A stretch of DNA of 64,000 nucleotides, from the sequence record NZ_CP043850.1; one strand, given 5' to 3'. This DNA is from a plasmid. This document shows, piece by piece, positions 35,131-43,320 of this stretch; position 1 is the first letter of the stretch; each line of letters starts with the position of its first letter. The notes under the pieces are model-generated. The model had not been told where the DNA came from. It searched no databases and saw only the letters and a list, made by a program, of their open reading frames with translations. Made by a program: the position numbers and the translations under genes.

Positions 35131-35936
35131 CGTTCCCCCTGCATGGGCTCGGTCTTCTCGATGATCTCTCGCCGGCTCAGCAACGCGTCCCCGAGCGAGG
35201 CGTTCAGGGCCTGGACCGCGCGGGTGTAGGGGCGCAGGCGCAGGTGGGACACCCGGGCCCCCCCGCCGAAGTGTGCTGCGGCCTCAGCTGCATGGGGCAG
35301 TCGCCCACGCACCGGGGCGCCCAGGACGGTGGCAACGTCCTTGGAGGGCAGTCGCTGGGCTCGATCCTCCACGAGCGTCAGCGACAACGAGTCCCCGATC
35401 CCTCGCTCAGCGCGGGCAGTGACCAGCTCAGGCAGGTAGGAGCGTGTGGCGGCCACGGAGACCAGATCGCTGCGCAGCACCACGTTCAGGTGATCGGCTT
35501 CGGTCCACAGGCTCTCTCGCCCGTAGGGGGCCTCGGCGCGGCCGGCGTCGATGATCACGTCGACGTCCTGTTCGGAGATCCGGCGCAGCACGGCGAACAA
35601 GTCGGCCCAGAACGAGCGCATCCCGCGCGCGGCACGGGGCTCGGCGATCGCCGGCAGCAACCAGCGGGCGGTGGCCGCCTCGGACCCGGAGAGCTCCACC
35701 GCTTGGTCCCAGACGTCCTGCTCCGAGATCGTGCGGTGGAACGATGCCTGGGCCACACCGATCAGCCCACTGTCCGCGGGGATCGACCCCTGCAGCCAGC
35801 CGGCCAACACCGACGAGGGCTTGGAGGCGTCAGCCTCGACCAGCAACACCGGGCGTGGCCAGGACAGGGTCATGGCCACGGCAGCGGTCGTCACGCCGGG
35901 ACTGGTCCCGAAGGATGCCAGGGTCAACACGCTCAC
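35127..35936 (-). CDS. TadZ/CpaE-like pilus assembly protein (degenerate ParA/MinD-like)
   Basis: GTG start after RBS GGGAGCGAAG. ParA-like fold without a canonical Walker A. Position is typical of a tad operon. Confidence 0.5.
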   Translation of the reverse strand: MSVLTLASFGTSPGVTTAAVAMTLSWPRPVLLVEADASKPSSVLAGWLQGSIPADSGLIGVAQASFHRTISEQDVWDQAVELSGSEAATARWLLPAIAEPRAARGMRSFWADLFAVLRRISEQDVDVIIDAGRAEAPYGRESLWTEADHLNVVLRSDLVSVAATRSYLPELVTARAERGIGDSLSLTLVEDRAQRLPSKDVATVLGAPVRGRLPHAAEAAAHFGGGARVSHLRLRPYTRAVQALNASLGDALLSRREIIEKTEPMQGER

Positions 35937-36628
35937 TTCTTCGCTCCCTGCATGACAACGCTCGCAGAGTCCGTGGCGGCCCACGAGGCGACAGTGGGGG
36001 CGTCCTTGGTGCTGAGGCGCACATCCACGGTGATCTTGCCGCTGGCTTCATCGACGCCACTGGCCTCCACGACGGCGGCGACCGACTCCCCCCGCTTGTC
36101 CCTGTCGGCGTTGTCATTGCCCGGCGTGAACACGACCAGGACCGGATCGCCCGCATTCAAGTCGCGGGAGGGAGTGCGTCCGGCCTCGAGGGCCAGACCC
36201 ACCAGGGCCTGCCCGTCGTCGACACCGACACGGGCAGCCGTGGAGGTCCGGGTGATGGTGCTGCCCGGCTCCAGGTCAGTCACGGCCACCTGGCCGATCA
36301 CGGTTCCCGACTCGTCGGAGGGCACCAAGGACCCGGGGTCTCCGGCCACGTCCACCGTGGTCAACATCGAGGACTCAATGCGGTCGCCTCGTTCGATCGC
36401 CTGGTTGGCCACCAGGTAGGGGCGCGCGTCATTGGTCAAGGAGGCCGAGTACGCGACCACTCCGCCCACCACGGCCAGCGCAGCAGCGACAGCCACTCCC
36501 CCGACCCGGCGCTTGGCAACCGGTGTGGCCGCAGTCCGACCGCGGCGGGCAGTGCCACCTGCCTCCGGGCCCTCTTGGGGGGCGTCCTCAGCCGTTGCGA
36601 CCGAGGTAGCGCGCTTCTTCAATGCCAC
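35933..36628 (-). CDS. cpaB: CpaB/RcpC-like Flp pilus assembly protein (SAF domain)
   Basis: N-terminal TM anchor. First gene of the tad operon. Confidence 0.55.
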   Translation of the reverse strand: MALKKRATSVATAEDAPQEGPEAGGTARRGRTAATPVAKRRVGGVAVAAALAVVGGVVAYSASLTNDARPYLVANQAIERGDRIESSMLTTVDVAGDPGSLVPSDESGTVIGQVAVTDLEPGSTITRTSTAARVGVDDGQALVGLALEAGRTPSRDLNAGDPVLVVFTPGNDNADRDKRGESVAAVVEASGVDEASGKITVDVRLSTKDAPTVASWAATDSASVVMQGAKK

Positions 36629-36768
36629 CGTGGGCGTCCTTTCCGAATGTGTTCCTACGCCGTGAAGGCTACCTCACCTACCATGATCCATGTCAGGTTG
36701 GCGCCTCTTCACTCTGGATAAGGCCGCTGCGGAAGGGTGGTGTCCCTTCCAGGGGGTAGAAAAGTTCC

Positions 36769-37071
36769 ATGACCAGCCCGCCTGCCCCCATGGACCCCCT
36801 GGATGTCGCCGCTACGGCGTTCAGCTCCCGCCTCCGACTCGACATCCTGTCCACCCTCGCCCGCTCGCCCGGCTCCACGGCCCAGCAGCTCGCGGCGGAG
36901 CTCGGGGTCATCCGCTCCACGCTCGGGGTGAACCTGCGCGCGCTGGAGGCGGCTGGAGTGGTCCTGGCTGATGATCCCTCAACTGACCGCAGTGGGCGTC
37001 GGCTCCGCTATCGCCTGAACCTGGCGGTCTACGAGGGCGCTGTGGCCGCCATTCGCCGTCTCATCGCCTGA
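36769..37071 (+). CDS. ArsR-like winged-helix transcriptional regulator
   Basis: RLDILSTLARSPGSTAQQLAAELGVIRSTLGVNLRALEAAGVV is an ArsR/SmtB-type HTH. Confidence 0.5.
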   Translation: MTSPPAPMDPLDVAATAFSSRLRLDILSTLARSPGSTAQQLAAELGVIRSTLGVNLRALEAAGVVLADDPSTDRSGRRLRYRLNLAVYEGAVAAIRRLIA

Positions 37072-37250
37072 CTCGATGCCATAACGCATGCCAGTCTCCC
37101 CGCCATGCCAGCAGGAGCTCGTCCAGGCCTTGTCATGCCATAAATAAGGCCATACAGGGGCCACAACGCACTCGGTAAATCTCTCGTGTTTTCCCGATGG
37201 ATGCAGTAGGCTGATCACACTGTCAGATCACCGAGTGCAGGAGGTCCCTC

Positions 37251-38168
37251 GTGTCCACCCCTACCCCCACACCCCTTGGCCTTGAAGGCGTCATCGCCGT
37301 CGCCAACAACAAGGGCGGCTGCGGCAAGACATCCGTCTGCGCGAACCTCGCCGGGCTGACCGCCGCTGCCGGCATTCGCACCCTCGTCGTCGACTTCGAC
37401 CCCCAGGGCAACCTGGGGCGAGACCTTGGTCTCGAGTCGCAGGATGGCCTGCAGCTCCGCCGGGCACTCGAGGATGGGGCTCCGTTGCCTGTCACTCTGG
37501 ACCCGCGGAGAGAGAACCTGGGGGTCGTGCAGAGCGGACCCCGCCTGGAGGAGATCATCAGCCTCCAGGTCGCCCGCGGATACGGCGCCCCCAGCCTCGC
37601 TGAGCTGCTGCACCAGAGCCTGTCAGCCGTCCTGCCGGACTGGGACCTGATCATCTTCGACACTTCCCCGGGACACCGTCCCCTGGTGGAGGCCGTGTTC
37701 AGCAATGCCCAGGCCGTCGTGCTGGTATCCAAGGCCGATGAGCGCAACTACGACGGCGTCGCCCAGACGGGTCAGTGGTTCCACAACGTCCACGAGACGA
37801 CCAACCCTGGTGTGCAGCTGCTGGGCGTGGCCCTGTTCGACATCGACTCCCAGGCTGTGAAGATCGAGGCCGGCGCGCGGCAGGTCCTGAACGAGATGCT
37901 CGCCGGCCTGGCCTTCGACCCGGCCGTCTTCACGGCCCGCATCCGCCACTCCTCGGCGGCGGCCGTGGATACCCGCCAGCGCGGCAAGCTCATCCACGAG
38001 CTCGAAGGCGACGTCGCCCAGGCCTACCAGGAGCGGTTCGCCGCGATCCGCGACGGGCGCCGACCGGCGTTCCACTCCAGGAGCCTGGACGGTGTGGCCG
38101 GTGACTACGCGGCTCTGGCCGAGGAGATCCTTGGCCGGCTCCAGTCTCTGGAAGGAGGGCAGCGCTGA
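37251..38168 (+). CDS. parA: ParA-family partition ATPase (GTG start)
   Basis: RBS GCAGGAGG before the GTG. Deviant Walker A NNKGGCGKTS. Walker B IIFDTSP. Confidence 0.8.
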   Translation: MSTPTPTPLGLEGVIAVANNKGGCGKTSVCANLAGLTAAAGIRTLVVDFDPQGNLGRDLGLESQDGLQLRRALEDGAPLPVTLDPRRENLGVVQSGPRLEEIISLQVARGYGAPSLAELLHQSLSAVLPDWDLIIFDTSPGHRPLVEAVFSNAQAVVLVSKADERNYDGVAQTGQWFHNVHETTNPGVQLLGVALFDIDSQAVKIEAGARQVLNEMLAGLAFDPAVFTARIRHSSAAAVDTRQRGKLIHELEGDVAQAYQERFAAIRDGRRPAFHSRSLDGVAGDYAALAEEILGRLQSLEGGQR

Positions 38169-38749
38169 TGTCCACCCACCGCGCCAGCAACCTCGGCAAC
38201 CTCTTCAACGCCCGCCGCGCGGCAGACCGCCCTGCCCAGGCGCCAGAAGCAACGCCATACACTGTGCGTCACTCCATGCCAGAATCTGCACCATCAACCA
38301 CGCCAGAGTTCACGCGGGAAACTGCACGGGAACCTACGGTGGAACCCACGCAGGATCTCACGCACGTCACTGTCTTGGCTGCCACGACCGCCGACCCGCA
38401 GGAGGACGAGCTGGTCGTCTCCAACGTCGCTATCTACCTTCCCGCGCCCGTGCTGGACCGTCTCAAGCGCGAGCGTGGTCGTCGGAAGATGACCTACACC
38501 GACCTGCTGGTCATGGCGTTCGACGAGCTCTCCCAGGAGCAGCTGCTGGAGGCGCTGGGGTACAAGCCGCAGGGCTCTGGGATGCCGCGGCGTCGTGGCG
38601 CCGGCCGCGGGCAGGGGGGTATCCAGGTGCAGTTGCGCCTGGATCAGCTGCAGCGCTCATGGCTGGATCAGCAGGTCCAGGCCTTGGGGGCGCCCTCGCG
38701 CAGCGCCTTGGTGGCCGCGGTGTTCGACTTCTGGCTCCCCAAGCGCTGA
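38168..38749 (+). CDS. Putative partition partner (ParB/ParG-like centromere-binding protein)
   Basis: Translationally coupled to parA (ATGA overlap). Highly charged. Confidence 0.4.
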   Translation: MSTHRASNLGNLFNARRAADRPAQAPEATPYTVRHSMPESAPSTTPEFTRETAREPTVEPTQDLTHVTVLAATTADPQEDELVVSNVAIYLPAPVLDRLKRERGRRKMTYTDLLVMAFDELSQEQLLEALGYKPQGSGMPRRRGAGRGQGGIQVQLRLDQLQRSWLDQQVQALGAPSRSALVAAVFDFWLPKR

Positions 38750-38804
38750 CGGACCACACCTGAGGGGCCCTCGAACCACTGGTTCGAGGGCCCCTCGAGT
38801 GTGT

Positions 38805-39812
38805 TCAGCCGAGCGAGCGCAGAGGGACAGCCCGGTGTGCCGGCTTGGGGACGTGGGTGGGGGAGGGGTGCAGGCGTAGGCCCTTGTCGAGCACGGCCAC
38901 CCGCGCCTTCGGGTAGATCACCTTCACCTGCTCGAGATTCTTGAGGAAGGCGGCCTTGAACTGGCGTCGCTGGCGGTACTCGGCCCCGAACTGCGCCTCC
39001 AGCTGGGCCCAGGAGACGGTCGTGGCCCGATCGAGCGTGGCCATTCGGTAGCACAGCCACACATAGAGGTCCTGTCGCATGGGGCTGCCGCCGAGGGCGC
39101 CCAGCGCGGAAGTGAGCACGGGGACGGGAGAGTGGAGGATCTCGCGGAAGTAGTCCTCGCTGAGTTCGATCACCGCATGGTTATGGCCCGTTTTATGGCC
39201 TGGCTTCTGGTATGTGAGCTGGTAGCGGGAGGAGACCAGGAAGCTCTGCCCGTTGATCGTCTGCGCAGTGCCCTGGTCGCGGATGGTCTCGATCAGAATC
39301 GAGGTCGTGCTCAGGCGGTGCAGCTGGTCCATCACGCGGCGCTGGTTCGCTCCTGAGGGCGCGTAGGTGCCCAAGCTGGACATGAACGAGCGCAGGGAGG
39401 GGCCGGGGTCCAGATGGCGGGAGCGGGTGCGCACCGCCTGGGTCGACATCCAGGTCAGCAGACTCCGAGCCACCACTCCGTAGGGGTAGCCGGCCGGGCC
39501 GGGGGAGAGCGTGACCGTGGTGTTCCCGTTGCGACGTGTCCAGTGCCGGACCTGCTCGCCTGGGTCCTTGTAGGGCAAGGAGAGCTGAGCCCAGATCCGG
39601 GTGGAGAAGGCCAGCTGCCCCGGGGTCTGTTCGATCTCACTGCTGGCCTCGAGCAGACGCAGTCGCCTCTGGCTGACCTGGGGCAGGCCAGCGGTGCTGA
39701 ACTCGGTGAGGTCGGGGGTGTGAACCATGGGGGAGAGGTCTTTCGAGGTGACGGCCGCGGAGACGGCAGGGGTGGGGAAAACCGGCTGCGGGCCGGAGTT
39801 ATCCACGTGCAT
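38805..39812 (-). CDS. repA: Plasmid replication initiator RepA-like protein (iteron-type theta replicon)
   Basis: Lies immediately downstream of iterons. The first iteron overlaps the start codon. Size and position are typical of a Rep protein. Confidence 0.5.
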   Translation of the reverse strand: MHVDNSGPQPVFPTPAVSAAVTSKDLSPMVHTPDLTEFSTAGLPQVSQRRLRLLEASSEIEQTPGQLAFSTRIWAQLSLPYKDPGEQVRHWTRRNGNTTVTLSPGPAGYPYGVVARSLLTWMSTQAVRTRSRHLDPGPSLRSFMSSLGTYAPSGANQRRVMDQLHRLSTTSILIETIRDQGTAQTINGQSFLVSSRYQLTYQKPGHKTGHNHAVIELSEDYFREILHSPVPVLTSALGALGGSPMRQDLYVWLCYRMATLDRATTVSWAQLEAQFGAEYRQRRQFKAAFLKNLEQVKVIYPKARVAVLDKGLRLHPSPTHVPKPAHRAVPLRSLG

Positions 39813-39975
39813 CTTGTGACACCCGGGGGTGAGAGCCGACGAGGGCGTCGGTGGGGGACGAAAAGGGCGTAATCATGCGGATCGAGCATGTGCATCTTGT
39901 GACGCCCACCCGGTGAGGGCCGGAGTTATCCACGTGCATCTTGTGACGGTGGGCGTGTGCATCTTGTGACGCCCA
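39795..39975. repeat. Iteron array/oriV candidate: GTGCATCTTGTGAC x4, including two ~30-bp copies of GGCCGGAGTTATCCACGTGCATCTTGTGAC
   Basis: Direct repeats read at 39806-39819, 39889-39902, 39936-39949 and 39958-39971. Confidence 0.7.
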
Positions 39976-40100
39976 CCCCCTCAGATTCCGCGCCAGCACT
40001 GGGATCGGAGAGGGCCCCCATATAGGAAAACCCATGTAGTTCTCTCCTGTAGTAGGCCCGCTTGTGGTTGGGGATTGGTGGAGAACTCGACGAATGGGGG

Positions 40101-40904
40101 TCATGCGGCGCCCTGCTGCATGAGCGACTCCCAGTCGACGGTGAGATCAGAGCGCTGCAGGGCGTAGTCCTTCAGGGCCTTGGTCAGCCGACTGCGCAGG
40201 ACCGAGACGCGCTTGCACAGGGCGCGACCGTTGTAGCCGCACTCCTGGCTCAGTGCAGCGCGCTCCTGGTCGTCGGCCAGCTGGTAGCGCAGGAACACCG
40301 ACGCGTCTCGACTGGAGAACACGGCCGTGTCGCGGGCCCAGGCGACCAGAGCACACAGCTCCAGCGTTGCCCGGTCGCCGTCCTGTTCGTCGCCGGAGGT
40401 GGTGGCGAGCTCGGGCAGCCAATCAGGCAGGGTGTCGTTGCCGTCGTGGATGTCGTAGATCCGGCGCTCCAGCAGGGAGTCCTTCATCACGTCCATGGCC
40501 AGGTTGCCGATGCACGAGCCGGGCCGGTGCAGGGAGGGCTTACGCACCCAGCGCCACGCGGCGGCGATCACCGCGGCCGCCACCTCCTCCTGAGCGCTTG
40601 AGTCTCCGTGGACGGTGGCCAAGCGCATGCGTGTGTGGCGGGCGGCGATCAGGGTGAACCGCGGGAGCATGAGCTGCAGTACCGCGCGCCCGCAGTGCTC
40701 ATCGCCCTGCGCTGCCTGTTCCAGCAGCCCGCGCATCAGCTGCTCGCGCTCCTCCCGAGGTGCTTCGCTCACGCTCTGGCGCAGCTGGTCGCCGGTCTGC
40801 TCCCCGTGCGGCCAAGCGTGCGGGACATCGGCGTAGCGCACAGCCCACTCGGCGTTGAGTCGGTCGATCACGGTGGGGGCATAGGCCTGGGTGATGGTCA
40901 TGGG
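40101..40904 (-). CDS. Sigma-70 family (ECF-like) sigma factor
   Basis: Excellent RBS AGGAGGTAACC. Region 2-like AWRWVRKPS..GNLAMDVMKD. Region 4-like VFLRYQLADDQERAALSQECGYNGRALCKRVSVLRSRL. Confidence 0.45.
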   Translation of the reverse strand, partial: PMTITQAYAPTVIDRLNAEWAVRYADVPHAWPHGEQTGDQLRQSVSEAPREEREQLMRGLLEQAAQGDEHCGRAVLQLMLPRFTLIAARHTRMRLATVHGDSSAQEEVAAAVIAAAWRWVRKPSLHRPGSCIGNLAMDVMKDSLLERRIYDIHDGNDTLPDWLPELATTSGDEQDGDRATLELCALVAWARDTAVFSSRDASVFLRYQLADDQERAALSQECGYNGRALCKRVSVLRSRLTKALKDYALQRSDLTVDWESLMQQGAA

Positions 40905-41159
40905 GTTACCTCCTGAAGCGGTGGCCCCGGGCAGGGCCGGGCGGATCAGAATCCAGTCCACTCAGGGGGTCGGGATACGAGTCTGGACATGAGCCAGCGC
41001 AGCGAAGATCAGCAGATTTCCAGAAGCGATGGGTCTGGAAATCCCCGGATTCATGCGGATCTGAGGGCGCATCCGAAAATCTTGGTCACGCGGGAGGGAC
41101 ACCTGTGCTGCAAGGGGGGCCTTTAGGGCAGTGAGAGACCCCCCGCTAGGAGAGCCGTC

Positions 41160-41411
41160 ATGCCCGAGCAGTGCCCCCACTCCGTGTCCGACCAGGACCA
41201 GATCCCGACGCTGACCGATCAGCAGTGGACGGAGTTCGTCAGCGACGCGCACGCGATGCGTCAGGCCGAGACCACCTTGGAGGCCGGCATGGCCGATCTG
41301 CTGGCGCGCCCGTTCGACGAGAGCGCTCAGCTCCAGCTGCGCCAGGTGCTCGACTCGGACCAGCTGCGCCGGGCCACCCAGATCGCGCGGAGCATGCAGG
41401 AGGGCCGATGA
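41160..41411 (+). CDS. Hypothetical protein (83 aa)
   Basis: RBS GCTAGGAGAGCCGTC. First gene of the plus-strand transfer operon. Confidence 0.45.
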   Translation: MPEQCPHSVSDQDQIPTLTDQQWTEFVSDAHAMRQAETTLEAGMADLLARPFDESAQLQLRQVLDSDQLRRATQIARSMQEGR

Positions 41412-42454
41412 TGGCGTGGGCACGGAAGAAGCGGCCTCGGCAGGAACCGGGTGAGCTGGCGCAGGAGCAGATTCCGACGCCGGCCCGAACCAAGGTCAAC
41501 GACCTGGGGTCCAAGCTTCTGGTGGGGGGCGTCTATGGCGCCATCGCGCTGGGGCTGCTGTCCGGGTGCGGCGCCCTGGGGATGTCCGTGATGTCCTCCG
41601 GCGCTGAGAAGGCTCCGGTGGTGGAGACGATGAACACGGCCACCGCCGAGGGCACCGCGGTCTCCTACGTGACGGCGTGGCTCACGGCCTCCCGGCAGGA
41701 CCAGAGCCTGCTGAGCGCATACGTCAAGGAGGACTCCCGGAAGGTCCCCGAGACGCCGTTGGCCGTGCGCGACGTCGCCGTGGCCGGTGTGGAGAAGACC
41801 GAGGACCCGGACGTGATCTCTGTGCTCGTCGCCGCTCACGTCGAACAGCGCACCGAGCTCGAGCAGGACGGGCAGACGCCCAAGAACACGACGAGCTCGG
41901 CTCCAGCCTCCGCCAGCACGGAGGCCAAGACCAGCGCCAAACCGGCTCCCACCACGTACGCGCTGCGCTACTACCAGGTGGCGGTCAAGCAGACAGAGGG
42001 CACGGTCCAGGTAATCGGATACCCCACACCTGCGCCTGGGCCACGTCAGGGCGAGGCGGTCTCGTTGGGATACCCGCACCGGATCTCCACGACCACCGAT
42101 CTGGGGACCACGCTGGAGGGCTTCCTACAGTCCTACGGCGCCGGCAAGGGGGACGTCACCCGGTACCTGGCTGCCACCGACACGCTCCAGGCGATCACCC
42201 CGGCCCCCTACACCGAACTGGTGATCGAAGACCTGCGCACGAGCACGAAGCTCGAGGAACTTCCCGACGGCGAAGCCGTCCGGGTGCTCATCCAGGCCGA
42301 GGGGGTGCTGCCGGATGCGAACCAGTCACGCATGGGCGCCACCTTCCCGGTCACGGTCGCTCGGCGAGACGGCCGATGGGAGGTGATCTCTCTGGACCCT
42401 GCTCCTCTGCTGGCCCCTGAATCCGAGTCCCGCTCAGCTACCCCCACCTCTTGA
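41408..42454 (+). CDS. Membrane-anchored protein (348 aa); conjugation-associated by context
   Basis: ATGATGG overlap with the upstream gene. Single TM helix LLVGGVYGAIALGLLSGCGALG. Confidence 0.5.
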   Translation: MMAWARKKRPRQEPGELAQEQIPTPARTKVNDLGSKLLVGGVYGAIALGLLSGCGALGMSVMSSGAEKAPVVETMNTATAEGTAVSYVTAWLTASRQDQSLLSAYVKEDSRKVPETPLAVRDVAVAGVEKTEDPDVISVLVAAHVEQRTELEQDGQTPKNTTSSAPASASTEAKTSAKPAPTTYALRYYQVAVKQTEGTVQVIGYPTPAPGPRQGEAVSLGYPHRISTTTDLGTTLEGFLQSYGAGKGDVTRYLAATDTLQAITPAPYTELVIEDLRTSTKLEELPDGEAVRVLIQAEGVLPDANQSRMGATFPVTVARRDGRWEVISLDPAPLLAPESESRSATPTS

Positions 42455-42479
42455 ACCCCCTGTCTGAAAGGAACACCCC

Positions 42480-42773
42480 ATGAACACCTCCCTCACCTCC
42501 ATCACCCAGACCGCCCTGGACGGCATGGTCGTCGGCAACATCTTCGACACCGTCAACGACCTCACCTCCGAGGCGATGATCGCGCTGAAGGCCGTCATCG
42601 TCCTGTTCGGCGTCGTGGTCTTCCTCATCGGTGCCGTCGCCGCCAAGGGCAAGACCGCCGGCACGATCATGGCCGGCATCGGCGGCGGCTTCTTCATCTG
42701 GCTGGGCCTGTTCGGTGTCCAGTGGCTGGCCGAAGAGTTCGGCTCCACCGTCGCCGGCGTGCTGCTGGTCTGA
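42480..42773 (+). CDS. Small two-TM membrane protein; putative VirB2/pilin-like T4SS component
   Basis: 97 aa, two hydrophobic helices, lying upstream of VirB4. Confidence 0.45.
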   Translation: MNTSLTSITQTALDGMVVGNIFDTVNDLTSEAMIALKAVIVLFGVVVFLIGAVAAKGKTAGTIMAGIGGGFFIWLGLFGVQWLAEEFGSTVAGVLLV

Positions 42774-42792
42774 GCCAGGAAGGACACGACCG

Positions 42793-43320
42793 ATGGCCGA
42801 GACCGGACGGTTCTACAGCAGCATCCGCCGCATCCCCACCACCTTGCACCGACTGCCCGACGGCACTCGGATCTGGGGTGGGCCCTACACGCTCGTGCAG
42901 GGCGCCGGAGCGGCGGCGGTCCTTGCTCTGCTGTGGTCCTTCCGCGGTGTCTGGGGCACCCAGACACTGATCGTCGACGTCGTCATCTCGCTGGGCTGGG
43001 CCGCCGCCGCGGTCTGGGCCCTGCGGTACGCCCCGGACAACATCCACGAACTGATCATGCTCTTCACCGGCGCGATCAACGCCTGGTCCAAGCCCAAGAA
43101 CGGGCAGTACGAGGGCGTGAAGTTCGAGCTGACCCGACCGCCGAGGCACCCGCAGGACGACACCTCAGAGACCACGCCCACCGCGGCGGCGCCCCCCTCC
43201 CAGGGAGCCACTCCTGACGAGACACCCCAGCGCCCCACCTACCGGCCCCTGGGCACCTCCTCGGTAACCCGCCTCCTCCACCAGGCCACCGCCCCCACAG
43301 ACCGCAAGGACCACGCATGA
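42793..43320 (+). CDS. Membrane protein (175 aa), possibly VirB3-like or TcpE-like
   Basis: RBS CCAGGAAGGACACG. Two TM helices. Stop overlaps the virB4 start. Confidence 0.45.
   Translation: MAETGRFYSSIRRIPTTLHRLPDGTRIWGGPYTLVQGAGAAAVLALLWSFRGVWGTQTLIVDVVISLGWAAAAVWALRYAPDNIHELIMLFTGAINAWSKPKNGQYEGVKFELTRPPRHPQDDTSETTPTAAAPPSQGATPDETPQRPTYRPLGTSSVTRLLHQATAPTDRKDHA

Noticed and set aside
39800-39975. Possible CRISPR-like repeat array
   Set aside because: The repeats are 14-30 bp with irregular spacing. They sit directly upstream of a Rep gene and overlap its start codon, which makes them iterons rather than CRISPR repeats. No cas genes are present.
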